A DNA stretch of 64,000 bases from an uncultured Actinomycetota bacterium (GCA_963829565.1 CAWHJC010000014.1:37601-101600), one strand, 5' to 3'; shown: positions 11,779-24,159, counted from the first letter of the stretch. The notes: a model not told the origin generated them from the sequence alone. Program-made: numbers and translations.

Positions 11779-12744
11779 ATGGACAGCGTATCCGCCGACT
11801 CTCCCGTGAGGTCCACCGTGTCCAGCCCCGCCGACATGCCCGGCACCGACAGCACTTCCGCTGCACCGTCCACCGGCACCGCCCGCGTCAAGCGGGGGAT
11901 GGCCGAGATGCTCAAGGGCGGGGTGATCATGGACGTGGTCACCCCCGACCAGGCCAAGATCGCCGAGGACGCCGGCGCCGTCGCCGTGATGGCGCTCGAG
12001 CGGGTGCCGGCCGACATCAGGGCGCAGGGCGGCGTCTCCCGGATGAGCGACCCCGACATGATCGACGGCATCATCGCGGCGGTCTCGATCCCCGTCATGG
12101 CCAAGGCCCGGATCGGGCACTTCGTCGAGGCCCAGGTGCTGCAGGCGCTCGGGGTCGACTACGTCGACGAGTCGGAGGTCCTGACCCCGGCCGACTACGC
12201 CAACCACATCGACAAGTGGCAGTTCACCGTGCCCGTTCGTCTGCGGGGCCACCAGCCTGGGGGAGGCGTTGCGGCGCATCACCGAGGGCGCGGCGATGAT
12301 CCGGTCCAAGGGCGAGGCCGGCACCGGTGACGTCTCGAACGCCACGACCCACATGCGCACGATCCGCGCGGAGATCCGCCGGCTCACCTCGATGAGCGAG
12401 GACGAGCTCTACGTCGCGGCGAAGGACCTCCAGGCGCCGTACGAGCTGGTCAAGGAGATCGCCGCGGCCGGCAAGCTGCCGGTCGTGCTGTTCACCGCCG
12501 GCGGCATCGCCACCCCCGCGGATGCGGCGATGATGATGCAGCTCGGCGCCGAGGGTGTGTTCGTCGGGTCGGGCATCTTCAAGTCCGGGCAACCCGGCGC
12601 AGCGGGCCGAGGCGATCGTGAAGGCGACGACGTTCTTCGACGACCCGGACATGCTCGCGAAGGTGTCGCGTGGCCTCGGCGAGGCCATGGTCGGCCTCAA
12701 CGTCGACGAGATCCGCGCAGCACCGCCTCGCCGAGCGCGGCTGG
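11779..12744 (+). CDS. pdxS: Pyridoxal 5'-phosphate synthase lyase subunit (indels; stop apparently lost near HRLAERGW)
   Basis: [50 protein letters not shown]. Confidence 0.95.
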
Positions 12745-12816
12745 ACGCCACAGATCCTGCGTTGCACACCGGCCCGTCGGCGTGTCTGGTGCAGTGCCCA
12801 TCGGGACGCTGTCGAC

Positions 12817-13431
12817 GTGACGAGCATCGGCGACCCGACGATCGGGGTGCTCGCCCTGCAGGGCGACGTCCGCGAGCATCTCGTGGCGCTGGCCGGCGTC
12901 GGGGCGTCCGGTCGCCCGGTACGCCGGGCAGAGGAGCTCGACGGGCTCGACGGGATCGTGCTGCCCGGCGGCGAGTCGACCACGATGGACAAGCTGGCTC
13001 GCGCGTTCGGCGTGCGGGACCCCCTCCGGTCGGCCTTGCGGGCCGGCCTGCCCGCGTACGGCTCGTGCGCCGGCATGATCCTGCTCGCCGACCGGGTCCT
13101 CGACGGGCCGGCCGACCAGGAGACGCTGGGCGGCATCGACATGACGGTGCGGCGCAACGCCTTCGGCCGCCAGGTGGCCTCCTTCGAGGGTGACGTGCAC
13201 CTGCAGGGCGTGGACGGGGGACCGGTGCACGGGGTGTTCATCCGGGCGCCCTGGGTCGAGGAGCTGGGGGAGTCCGTGCAGGTGCTCGCCCGCGTAGAGG
13301 GCGGTCCGGCCGACGGTAGGATCGTTGCCGTACGCCAGGGCTCGCTGCTGGCCACGTCCTTCCATCCGGAGATGACGGGTGACGGGCGTGTCCACGAGCT
13401 GTTCGTGAGGATCGTGAGGGACCAGCGATGA
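12817..13431 (+). CDS. pdxT: PLP synthase glutaminase subunit
   Basis: [41 protein letters not shown]. Confidence 0.95.
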   Translation: MTSIGDPTIGVLALQGDVREHLVALAGVGASGRPVRRAEELDGLDGIVLPGGESTTMDKLARAFGVRDPLRSALRAGLPAYGSCAGMILLADRVLDGPADQETLGGIDMTVRRNAFGRQVASFEGDVHLQGVDGGPVHGVFIRAPWVEELGESVQVLARVEGGPADGRIVAVRQGSLLATSFHPEMTGDGRVHELFVRIVRDQR

Positions 13432-14181
13432 GCGGCCACTCCAAGTGGGCCACCACCAAGCACAAGAAGGCGGTCGTCGACGCCCGCCGCGGCAAGGCCT
13501 TCGCCAAGCTGATCAAGAACATCGAGGTCGCCGCGCGCACCGGCGGCGGCGACGTCAACGGCAACCCGACGCTCTACGACGCCATCCAGAAGGCGAAGAA
13601 GACCTCGGTGCCCAACGACAACATCGAGCGCGCGGTCAAGCGCGGGTCCGGCGTCGAGGCCGGCGGCGCCGACTACCAGACGATCATGTACGAGGGCTAC
13701 GGCCCGAACGGCGTGGCGGTGCTCATCGAGTGCCTGACCGACAACCGCAACCGGGCCGCCTCCGAGGTGCGCATCGCGCTCACCCGCAACGGCGGCACCA
13801 TGGCCGACCCGGGCTCGGTGTCCTACCTGTTCAACCGCAAGGGCGTCGTCATCGTGCCGAAGTCCGACGGGCTCACCGAGGACGACGTGCTGGCTGCGGT
13901 GCTCGACGCCGGCGCCGAGGAGGTCAACGACCTCGACGAGGCATTCGAGGTGGTGTGCGAGGCCACCGACCTGGTGGCGGTGCGCACCGCGCTGTCAGGA
14001 CGCGGGCATCGACTACGACTCGGCCGACGCGTCCTTCCTGCCGTCGGTCAGCGTCCCGCTGGACGAGGACGGAGCGAAGAAGGTGTTCCGGCTCATCGAG
14101 GCGCTCGAGGACTCCGACGACGTGCAGAACGTGTGGGCGAACTTCGACGTCAGCGACGAGGTCATGGAGGCCGTCGGCTGA
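13428..14181 (+). CDS. yebC: YebC/PmpR family protein (frameshift ~14000)
   Basis: [36 protein letters not shown]; end [15 protein letters not shown]. Confidence 0.93.
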
Positions 14182-14187
14182 GCCGGT

Positions 14188-14815
14188 CTAGGCGGCGCCG
14201 GGCCAGGTCGAGCACGGCCCGGCGTACGTCGTCCGGGCGGACGCCGAGCCGGCTGACGCACCCGGGCGGCGAGGCCGTCGGTCGCGCATGAGCCCGAGCA
14301 CCAGGTGCGGCGATCCGGATCTCCCGGGTACTCTGCTGCGAGCGCCTCGCGCAGCGCCAGCTCCAGCGACTTCTTCGCGCGCGGCGTGAACGGGATGTGC
14401 CACCGCGGCAGCCGGTCACGGCGCTGCGCCGCCCGACGGCCGTGCCGCCACCGGAGCAGCCCGCCGTCGCGGGCGGGGCGGGCCGGTCCAGCGCCCCCGG
14501 CCCGAACCGCTGCTCGACCCGCGGCCCGTACGGCGTCCAGGTCGATGCCGAGGTCGCGCAGGGCAGTGTCGTCGTCGGCAGGTCGGCCGGGTCGGCCTGG
14601 TCGAGGCTCCCGAGCTCTGCTGCACCCGGCGCGCACTGACTCGGCGGTGAGGCCGAGCGGCGCCAGGGCCTGCGCTACGGGAGACCCGTCGTCCGCTAGG
14701 GCGGCGAGCAGCAGGTGCTCGGTCCCGATCCAGCCGTGGCCGAGCGGCCGGGCCTCCTGCTGGGCGCCACGACGATGGCACGGGCCTCGTCGGTGAAGCG
14801 TTCGAACACGGTCAT
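14188..14815 (-). CDS. Stand-alone Clp N-terminal (double Clp repeat) domain protein, frameshifted
   Basis: [54 protein letters not shown]; no AAA+ domain. Confidence 0.8.
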
Positions 14816-15033
14816 CCCTCCCGACGCCGGCTGGCGTGCTTCTTGTGGACGGCCTGCTTGCTGACGCCGAGCAGGGCGCCGATGGCGTCCCAGGACCAGC
14901 CCTGGTCGCGGGCGCTGCGCACCTGCAGCGCCTCGAGCTGGTCGGCGAGCCGGCGCAGGGCGGCGACCGCGCGCAGGCCGACGGCGGGGTCCTGGCTGGT
15001 CGCCTGCTCGGCGACGTCGGGCTCGGTGGTCAT
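14812..15033 (-). CDS. Small helix-turn-helix protein
   Basis: ARDQGWSWDAIGALLGVSKQAVHKKH; ATGA overlap with the Clp-N gene. Confidence 0.85.
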   Translation of the reverse strand: MTTEPDVAEQATSQDPAVGLRAVAALRRLADQLEALQVRSARDQGWSWDAIGALLGVSKQAVHKKHASRRREG

Positions 15034-15036
15034 GCG

Positions 15037-15079
15037 GTCAACCTACGTTGACGTGCCCTGATCTGTCAACCCAGTTGAC
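15037..15079. promoter_or_regulatory. Two palindromic operator-like sites GTCAAC-N4-GTTGAC and GTCAAC-N3-GTTGAC
   Basis: 15037-15052 and 15065-15079, just upstream of the HTH start codon. Confidence 0.6.
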
Positions 15080-15131
15080 GGCTCCGCTACGCGACGTCCT
15101 GCTTCGCCACGTGCCTGCGCGTGGTGAGGCG

Positions 15132-15161
15132 GGCGTTGACCACGTATACGTGGTCAACGCC
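15132..15161. repeat. Perfect 30-bp palindrome GGCGTTGACCACGTATACGTGGTCAACGCC (REP-like)
   Basis: Self-complementary over 30 nt, in the HTH/ruvC intergenic region. Confidence 0.85.
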
Positions 15162-15242
15162 GACGTGGCGCGCGGGGTAGGTGGGTTCGCCGGTGCCCGG
15201 GCGCGTCGGTCCGGGGTTGTGGCCGGGGGCGCCGGTAGTTTC

Positions 15243-15262
15243 GTCCGAACAGGTGTTCGGAC
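15243..15262. promoter_or_regulatory. LexA (SOS) box-like palindrome CCGAAC-AGGT-GTTCGG before ruvCAB
   Basis: Matches the actinobacterial CGAAC-N4-GTTCG consensus; follows a TAGTTT -10 candidate (15236-15241); 56 nt before ruvC start. Confidence 0.75.
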
Positions 15263-15318
15263 GGCGCGGACACGATGACCAGCACGAGACCAGCGCGAGA
15301 CCAATAGGAGGTACGACG

Positions 15319-15847
15319 GTGCGGGTGCTCGGCGTCGACCCGGGGCTGACCCGGTGCGGGCTCGGCGTGGTCGAGGGCTCGGTCGGCCGGCCGCTGGCGC
15401 TGGTGGCCGTGGGCGTGGTGCGCACGCCGCCGGGCGACGACATCGGCGCCCGGCTGCTGGCCGTCGAGCGCGGCATCGAGGAGTGGCTCGCCGAGCACCA
15501 GCCCGACGCGGTCGCCGTCGAGCGCGTCTTCAGCCAGCACAACGTCCGGACCGTGATGGGCACCGCCCAGGCCAGCGCGGTGGCGATCACGGCGGCGGCG
15601 CAGGGCGGGCATCCCGGTGGCCCTGCACACGCCCAGCGAGATGAAGGCGGCCGTCACCGGCAACGGGCGCGCCGACAAGGCCCAGGTGGGAGCCATGGTG
15701 ACGAGGATCCTGCGGCTGACTGCCGCCCCGCGACCGGCGGATGCGGCGGACGCGCTCGGGCTGGCGATCTGCCACCTCTGGCGTGGCGGCGCCCAGGCCC
15801 GCATCGCCGCCGCTCTGGCCGGCGCGGCGGCGGGGCGGCCGGCGTGA
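15319..15847 (+). CDS. ruvC: Holliday junction resolvase RuvC (frameshift ~15600)
   Basis: [55 protein letters not shown]. Confidence 0.95.
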
Positions 15848-16458
15848 TCGCCTTCGTCTCCGGCCGGGTCGCTGCCCTGGCGCCGGACGGGGCGGTCGTC
15901 GAGGTGGGCGGCGTCGGCCTGACCGTGCAGTGCAGCCCGGCCACGCTCGCCGCGCTCCGGGTCGGCGAGCACGCGCACCTGCCGACGTCCATGGTGGTGC
16001 GGGAGGAGTCGCTGACCCTCTACGGCTTCGCCGACGAGGACGAGCGCGTCGTGTTCGAGCTGCTGCAGACGGCGAGCGGCGTCGGCCCCCGGCTGGCCCA
16101 GGCCATGCTCGCGGTGCACAGCCCGGACGCGCTGCGCCAGGCGGTCGCCACCGAGGACCTGGCGACCCTCACGCAGGTCCCCGGAATCGGCCGCAAGGGA
16201 GCCCAGCGCATCGTGCTCGAGCTCAAGGACCGTCTCGGTGCCGTCCGCGGCGCGACCGGCGCGCGGCTCACGGTGGTGCCCGGCGGCTGGCGGGACCAGC
16301 TGCACGGCGCGCTGGTCGGCCTCGGCTGGTCGGCCCGCGAGGCCGACGAGGGCGTGGCCTCCGCCGCGCCGCACGCCGAGGAGGCCGCAGCCGGCGGCGC
16401 GGCGCCGGACGTCGCCGTCCTGCTCAAGGTGGCCCTCCGGTCGCTGAGCCGGGCATGA
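15844..16458 (+). CDS. ruvA: Holliday junction branch migration protein RuvA
   Basis: [46 protein letters not shown]. Confidence 0.95.
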   Translation: MIAFVSGRVAALAPDGAVVEVGGVGLTVQCSPATLAALRVGEHAHLPTSMVVREESLTLYGFADEDERVVFELLQTASGVGPRLAQAMLAVHSPDALRQAVATEDLATLTQVPGIGRKGAQRIVLELKDRLGAVRGATGARLTVVPGGWRDQLHGALVGLGWSAREADEGVASAAPHAEEAAAGGAAPDVAVLLKVALRSLSRA

Positions 16459-17595
16459 CCGGCTCGACGCGCGGCGTGGACCAGCCGGTCGAGCTCGCCG
16501 ACCGGCTGGTGGACCCCGCGGTCGGCGTCGACGGTGTCGAGGACGAGCGGCAGGTCGACGCGGCGCTGCGGCCGCGCAGCCTCGACGAGTTCATCGGGCA
16601 GCACCGGGTGCGCGAGCAGCTGGGACTGGTGCTGGACGCCGCCAAGGGCCGCGGCCGGGTGCCCGACCACGTCCTCCTGAGCGGCTCGCCCGGCCTCGGG
16701 AAGACGACGCTGGCGATGATCGTGGCGGGCGAGCTCGAGGCGCCGATGCGCATCACCAGCGGCCCGGCGATCCAGCACGCCGGCGACCTCGCGGCGATCC
16801 TGTCCAGCCTCACCGAGGGCGAGGTGCTGTTCCTCGACGAGATCCACCGGATGTCGAGGCCGGCGGAGGAGATGCTCTACCTCGCGATGGAGGACTTCCG
16901 GGTCGACGTCATCGTCGGCAAGGGCCCGGGCGCCACCGCGATCGCCCTGGAGGTCCCGCCGTTCACCCTGGTCGCTGCCACGACCCGCGCGGGGCTGCTG
17001 CCGGGGCCGCTGCGCGACCGGTTCGGGTTCACGGCCCACATGGACTTCTACGAGCCCGGCGACCTCGAGCAGGTGCTCACCCGGTCCGCGCGACTGCTCG
17101 GCGTCCGGCTGCACCCCGACGGGGGGACCGAGGTCGCCGGACGCTCGCGCGGCACGCCGCGGATCGCGAACCGGCTGCTGCGCCGGGTCCGCGACTTCGC
17201 CCAGGTGCGGGCCGACGGCGTCGTGACCCGGGAGGTGGCGCGTGCCGCGCTGGTCGTCTACGAGGTGGACGAGCGCGGCCTGGACCGGCTCGACCGCGCG
17301 GTTCTGCAGGCGCTGGTCGGCCACTTCGGCGGGCGGACCGGTGGGGCTGTCGACCCTGGCCGTGGCGGTGGGGGAGGAGCGGGAGACCGTCGAGGAGGTC
17401 GCCGAGCCGTTCCTGGTGCGGGCCGGGCTGCTCGCCCGCACCCCGCGGGGGCGGGTGGCGACCCCCGCCGCCTGGGAGCACCTCGGGATGGCCCCGCCGC
17501 GGCCCCGGACCGTCGGCCCCGCCTCGGAGCCGGACCTGTTCGGCGGCCGACCCGGGCGAGTGCCCGACCCGGCCGGCGCCGCGGCGGAGGGCTGA
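16455..17595 (+). CDS. ruvB: Holliday junction helicase RuvB (frameshift ~17335)
   Basis: [70 protein letters not shown]. Confidence 0.95.
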
Positions 17596-17694
17596 CCGCC
17601 CCGGGAAGGTAGACTCCCGGCCGGTCTCGCCGGGCTCTCCGGCACCGCACTCGCACCGCACCCCGCACCCCATCCGGAAGGACGTCTCGCACTC

Positions 17695-18076
17695 GTGGAC
17701 GCCGCAAGCCTGATCTTCCCTGTCCTCCTCCTGGTGGCGTTCTACTTCCTGATCATCCGCCCGGCGCGGACCCGGCAGCGGGCGGTGCTCCAGCTCCAGG
17801 AGCGCCTGGCACCGGGAGTCGATGTCATGACCACGTCCGGCATCTTCGCGACGGTGCGGGCGGTCGAGGACTCCGCCGTGACGCTCGAGGTGGCACCCGG
17901 CGTCACCATGCGCTTCGCGAAGGCGGCGGTGGGCCAGATCCTGCACGACGCCGACGCGACGACGACAGGGACGACTGCGACCGATGTCGACATCCGACGA
18001 CGACATCGACGAGGGCAGCCGCCGAGACCAGCCATCCGGGGGACGAGAGCCCCCGGACGACCGCCCCACCCGCTAA
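17695..18076 (+). CDS. yajC: Preprotein translocase subunit YajC (tail frameshifted)
   Basis: FYFLIIRP...VMTTSGIFATV...LEVAPGVTMRFAKAAV. Confidence 0.9.
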
Positions 18077-18124
18077 GCGCAGGCACCCGGCGCCCCGCGC
18101 CGGCCGATCGGAGAAGAGCTCCTC

Positions 18125-19921
18125 GTGGCACCACCCGTCCCGTCGCGCCCTGGCCGCACGCTCGCGGCCCTTGCGGTGCTCACGGCACTCGTCTACGGCC
18201 TGATCTGGGTCGCGGCGCCGGACAGCGTCGGGGAGGACGAGCTGTCCGCCGCCGACAAGTACCGCCCCCGCCTCGGGCTCGACCTCGAGGGCGGGACGAG
18301 CGTGATCCTCACGCCGCGGCGGGCGAGCGGCGAGGGCTCGGTGCCGCAGGACTCGCTGAACCAGGCCGTGTCGATCATCCGCAACCGCGTCGACAGCTTC
18401 GGCGTCGCCGAGTCGGAGACCACCACGGCCGGCGACAACATCGTCATCTCGATCCCCGGCAAGCAGGACAAGTCGATCCTCGACACCGTCCAGCAGACGG
18501 CGGAGCTGCGGTTCCGCCAGGTGCTGCTCAGCGGGGCGGGCGTCACGGCACCGGCTCCGTCCGCCAGCCCGTCGCCGACGGCCTCCGGCTCGGCCACGGC
18601 CACGCCGTCGGGGAGCCCGTCCGCCACCCCCTCGCCGAGCACGACGACCGACGGCAGGGCGGTGCCCGGCGCGCTCCGGGCCAACTCGTCGCCCAGCCCC
18701 AGCGCATCCCCTTCCGGCCGCCACGCCGTCCCCGACCGCGTCCGCGACGCCGCCCCCGGTCGCCGCCCGGCACCACTGGCGCAGGTGCGCTCACCCCCGA
18801 GCTGCAGCAGCAGTTCGTGGCACTGGACTGCAGCGACCCGGAGGCGGTGCGCCAGACGCTGCGGGCTCCGGGCGCGGACCGACCGAAGCGGCCGCTCGTC
18901 ACCTGTGACGAGGACGGCGCCGAGAAGTTCGTCCTCGGGCCGGCCGAGGTCCTGGGCACCGACGTGTCCTCGGCCAGCGCCGGCCTCGAGTCCAACTCCC
19001 AGGGCATCCCGACCGGAGGCTGGGAGGTGCAGCTGGACTTCACCGGTGACGGCAAGCGGAAGTTCGCCGACATCACCCGCCGGCTGGCCGCCGAGACGGG
19101 CGACCTCAACCGGTTCGGCATCGTCCTGGACGGCCTGGTCGTCTCCGCCCCGACCACCAACGAGCCGATCACCGGCGGCAAGGCGCGGATCACCGGCAAC
19201 TTCAGCCAGGACGAGGCGGAGAGCCTGGCCAACGTCCTGAAGTACGGCGCCCTGCCGCTGACCTTCGACGCCGGCGAGGTGCAGGAGGTCTCGGCCACCC
19301 TGGGCGGTGACCAGCTGCGGGCCGGGCTGGCCGCAGGCGCCATCGGGCTCTTCCTCGTCGTGCTCTACTCGCTGCTCTACTACCGCGCCCTCGGCCTGGT
19401 CACCGTCGCCAGCCTCGCCGTCGCGGGCATCGTCACGTACGGCATGGTGGTGCTCCTCGGGTGGCAGCTGGGCTTCCGCCTCAGCCTGGCCGGCATCGCC
19501 GGCCTGATCGTCGCGATCGGCATCACCGCGGACTCCTTCGTCGTCTACTTCGAGCGGATCCGCGACGAGGTCCGCGACGGGCGGCACGCTGCGGGTCGCC
19601 GTCGAGTCGGGGTGGGCGCGCGCCCGGCGCACGATCCTGGCCGCCGACTTCGTGTCGTTCCTCGCCGCCGTGGTGCTGTACCTGCTCTCGGTCGGCGGGG
19701 TCCGCGGATTCGCGTTCACGCTCGGCCTGACCACGCTCATCGACATCGCGGTGGTGTTCCTCTTCACCAAGCCGCTCGTGTCGTTGCTGGCCCGCACCAA
19801 GTTCTACGGCGGCGGTCACCGTCTGTCGGGCCTGGCGCCCGACCGGCTCGGCACCACCCGCAGCACCCTGGCCACCCGGCCGTCGCGTCGTCGTGGCGCA
19901 CCGACCCCCAAGGAGGCGTGA
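18125..19921 (+). CDS. secD: Protein translocase subunit SecD (indels)
   Basis: RLGLDLEGGTSV, IIRNRVDSFGVAE, FGIVLDGLVVSAP, LKYGALPL, IGITADSFVVYFERIRDE. Confidence 0.93.
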
Positions 19922-21087
19922 TGAGCCGCCTCGGAACCGCTCGGCGCCCGGCTCTACCGCGGCGAGGTCTCCTACGACTTCATCGGCCATCGCAAGATCT
20001 GGTACGGCGTGTCGGCCGTCCTGCTCGTCGTGTCCATCCTGTCGCTGCTCGTGCTGCGGCTGACGCTGGGCATCGAGTTCCGCGGCGGTGCGGAGTTCCG
20101 CGTCAAGTCGCCGACGGTGAGCGACGAGGCCGTCCGCGAGACCGTGGGGCAACGTCGTCGGCGGCGAGATCGTCGTGCAGCGGGTCGGCACCGACACCGT
20201 GCGGGCTCAGACCGAGACGTTGACCAGCGCGGAGCTCGAGGAGGTCCAGACCGCGCTGGCCAAGGAGTTCGACGTCGCGCGTGAGGACGTGAGCACGCAG
20301 TTCATCGGACCGAGCTGGGGAAAGGACATCTCCAGCAAGGCCCTGCGGGCACTGGTGTTCTTCCTCCTGGGCGTCGTCATCTTCCTGTCGCTGTACTTCG
20401 AGTGGAAGATGGCGCTCGCGGCGATGATCGCGCTCCTCCACGACCTGGTCATCACGGCGGGCCTGTACTCACTGATCGGTTTCGAGGTCACGCCGGCCAC
20501 GGTCATCGGGTTCCTGACCATCCTCGGCTACTCGCTCTACGACACGGTCGTCGTCTTCGACAAGGTCCGCGAGAACACCCATGGCCTGGCCGGCGGGAGC
20601 CGGATGACCTACAGCGGCGCCGTCAACCTCGCGGTCAACCAGACCCTGGTCCGGTCCATCAACACCTCGGTCATCGCCCTGCTGCCGATCGGGGCGATCC
20701 TGTTCGCCGGCGTCGTGCTGCTCGGCGCCGGCCCGCTGAAGGACCTGTCGCTCGCCCTGTTCATCGGTGTGGCCGTCGGCGCCTACTCCTCGGTGTTCAT
20801 CGCGCCGGCGCTGCTCGCCGGCTTCAAGGAGCGCGAGCCGGCGATGCAGGCACTGGCCAAGCGGGTCGCCAACCGCAAGCACGGGCTCGACCACGGCGCC
20901 CGCCAGGCGCCAGACCAGCCCGTCCGAGGAGGCGCCGGCCACCGAGACCGGCAGCCCGGTCGCTGCGGGTGCCGTGCCGACCGGTGCCGTCGCGCGGCGA
21001 CCGCGGCCGGCCGACCGCAAGCCGAGCTCGCGCAGCCAGCCGCGCAAGGGCGGCGGCCGCAACAGGTCGGGGAAGAAGCGACGGTGA
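19921..21087 (+). CDS. secF: Protein translocase subunit SecF (indels)
   Basis: LGIEFRGG, IGPSWGKDI, LHDLVIT, GYSLYDTVVVFDKVREN, RSINTS. Confidence 0.93.
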
Positions 21088-21654
21088 GCAGGCACGGCCG
21101 CGGCGCGGGGGACGACGGCGCGCAGCGGCGCCGCCCGCCTGCTCGAGCGGATCCGCGACGTGCCCGACTTCCCCCAGCCGGGCGTCGTGTTCAAGGACAT
21201 CACGCCGCTGCTGGCCGACCACGACGCGTTCGCCTCGGCGGTCGAGGGGCTGGTCGCGCCCTTCCGGGGAAGCGCCGTGGCGCTGGTCGCCGGCATCGAG
21301 GCCCGCGGGTTCGTGCTCGGCGGGCCGGCGGCCCTGTCCCTGGGCGCCGGCTTCATCCCCGTACGCAAGAAGGGCAAGCTGCCCGGGTCCACCGTCGAGG
21401 CGTCCTACGACCTCGAGTACGGCTCGGCCACGATCGAGGTCACCTCGGACGCCTTCACCGCCGGCGCGCGCGTCCTCGTGGTCGACGACGTGCTGGCGAC
21501 CGGCGGGACGGCTGCCGCCACGGTCGACCTGGTCCGCCGCTGCGGTGCCGAGGTGGTCGGCGTCGCGGTGCTGATGGAGCTCGGCTTCCTGCCCGGGCGA
21601 CAGGTGCTCGCCGACATCGGGATCACCGACCCGCACGTGCTGCTCACGGTCTGA
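21084..21654 (+). CDS. apt: Adenine phosphoribosyltransferase
   Basis: PDFPQPGVVFKDITPLL, GIEARGF, VRKKGKLPG, YDLEYG, VVDDVLATGGT. Confidence 0.95.
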
Positions 21655-21724
21655 GCCCCTGCGCCGGCCCATGCGAGGGCTACTAGACTCGGGGGCAGGA
21701 CCCCTCTGACAGCAGGAGCGGCTA

Positions 21725-24096
21725 GTGGCAGACGCCCCCACGCCGAGTCCGGTGGACCTCGACGGAGGCACCCCGGACCCCGCTGGAGCGCCTGCGCCCG
21801 GCCTGACCGCCACGACTCCGCCCTCGCGGCGCGTCCGGGCCCGGCTGGCCCGGCTCGGGGCCCAGCGCCCGAGCGGGAACCCGGTCCTCGAGCCGCTGTT
21901 CCGCGTCGTCCGGCAGACGCACCCCAAGGCCGACCTGCGGATGATCGAGCGCGCCTACGACGTGGCCGAGGAGCACCATCACGGCCAGCTGCGCAAGAGC
22001 GGTGACCCGTTCATCACCCACCCGCTGGCCGTCACGACGATCCTCGCCGACCTCGGCATGACGCCACCCACGCTCTGCGCGGCGCTGCTGCACGACACGG
22101 TCGAGGACACGGCGTACACGCTGGACGCCCTGCGGGCGGACTTCGGCGACGAGATCGCCGACCTCGTCGACGGCGTGACCAAGCTCGACCGGGTCAAGTA
22201 CGGCGAGTCAGCGCAGGCCGAGACCGTGCGCAAGATGGTCGTGGCGATGGCCCGCGACATCCGCGTCCTCGTCATCAAGCTCGCCGACCGGCTGCACAAC
22301 ATGCGCACCATCCGCTACCTGCGCCAGGAGAAGCAGGAGCAGAAGGCCCGCGAGTGCCTGGAGATCTTCGCCCCGCTGGCTCACCGGCTGGGCATGAACA
22401 CGATCAAGTGGGAGCTCGAGGACCTGTCGTTCGCGACGCTCTACCCCAAGGTCTACGACGAGATCGTCCGACTGGTGACCGACCGCGCCCCGAGCCGTGT
22501 CGACTACCTGACCGGCGTGATCGACCACGTCACCGACGACCTCAAGTCCACCAAGATCCGGGCGTCAGGTCACCGGCCGGCCCAAGCACTACTACTCGAT
22601 CTACCAGAAGATGATCGTGCGCGGCCGCGACTTCGCCGACATCTACGACCTGGTCGGAATCCGCGTGCTGGTCGACTCGGTGCGCGACTGCTATGCCGCC
22701 CTCGGCACCATCCATGCGCGGTGGAACCCGGTCCCCGGCCGGTTCAAGGACTACATCGCGATGCCCAAGTTCAACATGTACCAGTCGTTGCACACGACGG
22801 TCATCGGGCCCGAGGGAAAGCCGGTCGAGCTGCAGATCCGCACGTTCGCCATGCACCGCCGCGCGGAGTACGGCGTCGCGGCCCACTGGAAGTACAAGGA
22901 GGACCCGTCGGAGTCGGACGCCGACGGTGGTCGCGGGGCGCGCGCCTCCGACGCGGCCGAGGGCGGCCTCAACGACATGGCGTGGCTGCGTCAGCTCCTC
23001 GACTGGCAGAAGGAGACGGAGGACCCGGGGGAGTTCCTGGAGAGCCTGCGCTTCGACCTCAAGTCGGCCGAGGTCTTCGTGTTCACACCGAAGGGTGACG
23101 TGATCGCTCTGCCCGCGGGCGCGACGCCGGTCGACTTCGCCTACGCCGTCCACACGGAGGTCGGCCACCGGTGCATCGGGGCACGGGTGAACGGCCGGCT
23201 GGTGCCGCTGGAGAGCACCCTCGACAACGGCGACCTGGTCGAGGTGTTCACCTCCAAGGCGCAGGGTGCGGGTCCCAGCCGCGACTGGCTGACCTTCGTC
23301 AAGAGCCCGCGGGCGCGCAACAAGATCCGGTCCTGGTTCTCGAAGGAGCGCCGCGAAGAGGCGATCGAGCACGGCCGCGACGCCATCGCCAAGGCGATGC
23401 GCAAGCAGAACCTGCCCGGTGCAGCGGCTGCTGTCGACCGAGACGTTGACGACCCTGGCCCACGACCTCCGCTACCCGGACATCTCGGGCCTCTACGCGG
23501 CCATCGGCGACAACCACGTCTCCGCCCAGTCGGTCGTGAGCAAGCTGGTCGAGTCGCTCGGTGGGGAGGACGGAGCGACTGAGGACCTCGCAGAGGTCAC
23601 CACGCCCGGCATCACGGCCCGTCGCCCGCGTACGTCCAAGGACCCCGGGGTCGTCGTCAAGGGCGCGTCGGACATCTGGGTCAAGCTGGCTCGGTGCTGC
23701 ACGCCGGTGCCCGGCGACACGATCGTCGGCTTCGTCACCCGCGGCAGCGGCGTCTCGGTGCACCGCAAGGACTGCGTCAACGCGCAGGCGCTGGCCGGTC
23801 AGGTGGACCGGATGGTCGAGGTCGAGTGGGCGCCGTCAGCCTCGTCGGTGTTCCTCGTGGCGATCCAGGTCGAGGCTCTCGACCGGTCCCGACTGCTGTC
23901 GGACGTCACCCGGGTGCTCTCCGACCAGCACGTGAACATCCTGTCGGCCTCGGTCACCACCACCCGGGACCGGGTGGCCATCTCGCGGTTCACCTTCGAG
24001 ATGGGCGACCCCAAGCACCTCGGCCACGTGCTGAAGGCCGTGCGCGGCGTCGACGGGGTGTTCGACGTCTACCGGGTGACGAGCGGCCGGTCCTGA
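21725..24096 (+). CDS. relA: Bifunctional (p)ppGpp synthetase/hydrolase (indels ~22565, ~23410)
   Basis: [51 protein letters not shown], CCxPxPGD and ACT segments. Confidence 0.95.
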
Positions 24097-24159
24097 TCGT
24101 CAGTAGGCTGCTGCGGAATCCCGCGCCATTAGGCCCGGAAGCCGACGAGGAGCACCGTC

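Noticed and set aside
14790-14812. TCGAAC as a second SOS box
   Set aside because: It is the coding sequence for VFERF and lacks the matching GTTCG half-site
17695-20223. YajC-SecD-SecF fusion
   Set aside because: Chimeric frame created by indels; separate starts and stops are visible for each gene
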